Shown piece by piece: positions 63,283-64,000 of a DNA stretch of 64,000 nucleotides (positions are counted from its first letter, which is position 1; every line of letters starts with the position of its first letter). The stretch comes from Penicillus capitatus. Taxonomy: Eukaryota > Plantae > Chlorophyta. Below the pieces are notes generated by a model. That model did no database searches, was not told the origin of the DNA, and was given only the letters and a program-made list of their open reading frames with translations. The translations under genes were made by a program, and so were the position numbers. The stretch covers positions 1,292,786 to 1,356,785 of the forward strand of contig OZ287702.1 in the NCBI GenBank assembly GCA_965649825.1. Reading direction: 5' to 3'.

Positions 63283-64000
63283 CTAACGCATGGAGCCTGC
63301 CTCTAACACGTCGATCATGTCGAACACCTTCTTCGGCGTCCCCTGTTCGATGTGCCGCGCGAGGAAAAGAACGGCATCCACCGTCCCCTCGGCGTAAATC
63401 GTACGGCCTCAAGACACGCGAGATGTCAGCAAGGACGGATCGTCCGATCGGATATCGCACCTATGACATTGTGCTGAAATTCGAAGCTCACGGTGTTGTC
63501 GGGAGAGGAGAGGCGGTACGTGTGATAGCCATGGCCTGCAGGAGACACATTCGACGCAGAGACAATGCACAGGGAAGAGTGACCAGAAAGAGCCTCTTTC
63601 GGGACGCCCATGTGCTTCATCTGCGTCTCCGGATCGCGGATCGACACAATCTCCGCCTGCCACACAGCGATGGTCAGATGCGCGCTTCGTCGAAGTCGGA
63701 ATCGGCAGAACCGGATCCATCTTAGCCCCGAGTTTCAGAAACAACGAGGAAATGGCCTTTGCTGTGCCAGAAGTGTCCACTTTGGAAGATTGGTGCGATT
63801 CCGTGACCGAAAGCGAGTAGCCAGAAAACGCACCAGGAAACCTGTCGCTCATGTACTTCAGCATCGCTTGAACCGCCACAATCTGACAGACACCACGATC
63901 GGCGTCTCTCGCGGATGACTCCGGCGACACCTGTTTTCCCATCTGAGGTGCAATCACGGCATAGACCCCTGAATCATGAACGTCTTTCGTGAGCTTTTCT
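63283..64000 (-). CDS. DAPB: 4-hydroxy-tetrahydrodipicolinate reductase (plant plastid type); 5' part beyond the window
   Basis: IAPQMGKQ, FPGAFSGY..VTESHQSSKVDTSGTAKA, GHGYHTY, FEFQHNV, IYAEGTVDAVLFL, DMIDVL. Confidence 0.95.

Overview
Gene-dense eukaryotic nuclear DNA, most consistent with a compact-genome green alga. This is inferred from plastid-type TerC, CGL160, RUS and DapB genes, a plant/algal complex I subunit and an algal SnRK2-like kinase. The code is standard: conserved genes end at TAA, TAG or TGA. Most genes are split by very short introns (46-66 nt in those counted) with degenerate GT or occasional GC donors, so the ORF track fragments nearly every gene. About 29 protein-coding genes are recognisable by family or domain, including two PTEN paralogues about 40 kb apart in opposite orientation. 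Gene-poor patches at roughly 15.6-17.9, 19.6-21.4, 37.5-40.2, 45.9-49.5, 50.6-52.2 and 56.6-58.1 kb contain no identifiable intact gene. Three of them hold heavily decayed transposon relics: a clear LINE RT fragment and probable hAT and Tc1/IS630-like fragments. The strongest candidates for novelty are (1) a putatively plastid-targeted TraB-family protein with a POTRA-like insertion, (2) a DRP2-type dynamin with no GTPase domain, (3) very tight co-directional gene pairs (23, 78 and 87 nt) that may be bicistronic, (4) an ankyrin/coiled-coil protein ending in a polybasic-CaaX motif, and (5) an ING protein with a Tudor-like module instead of a PHD finger. All assignments come from manual motif recognition. 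No searches were run, and several exon boundaries are approximate.
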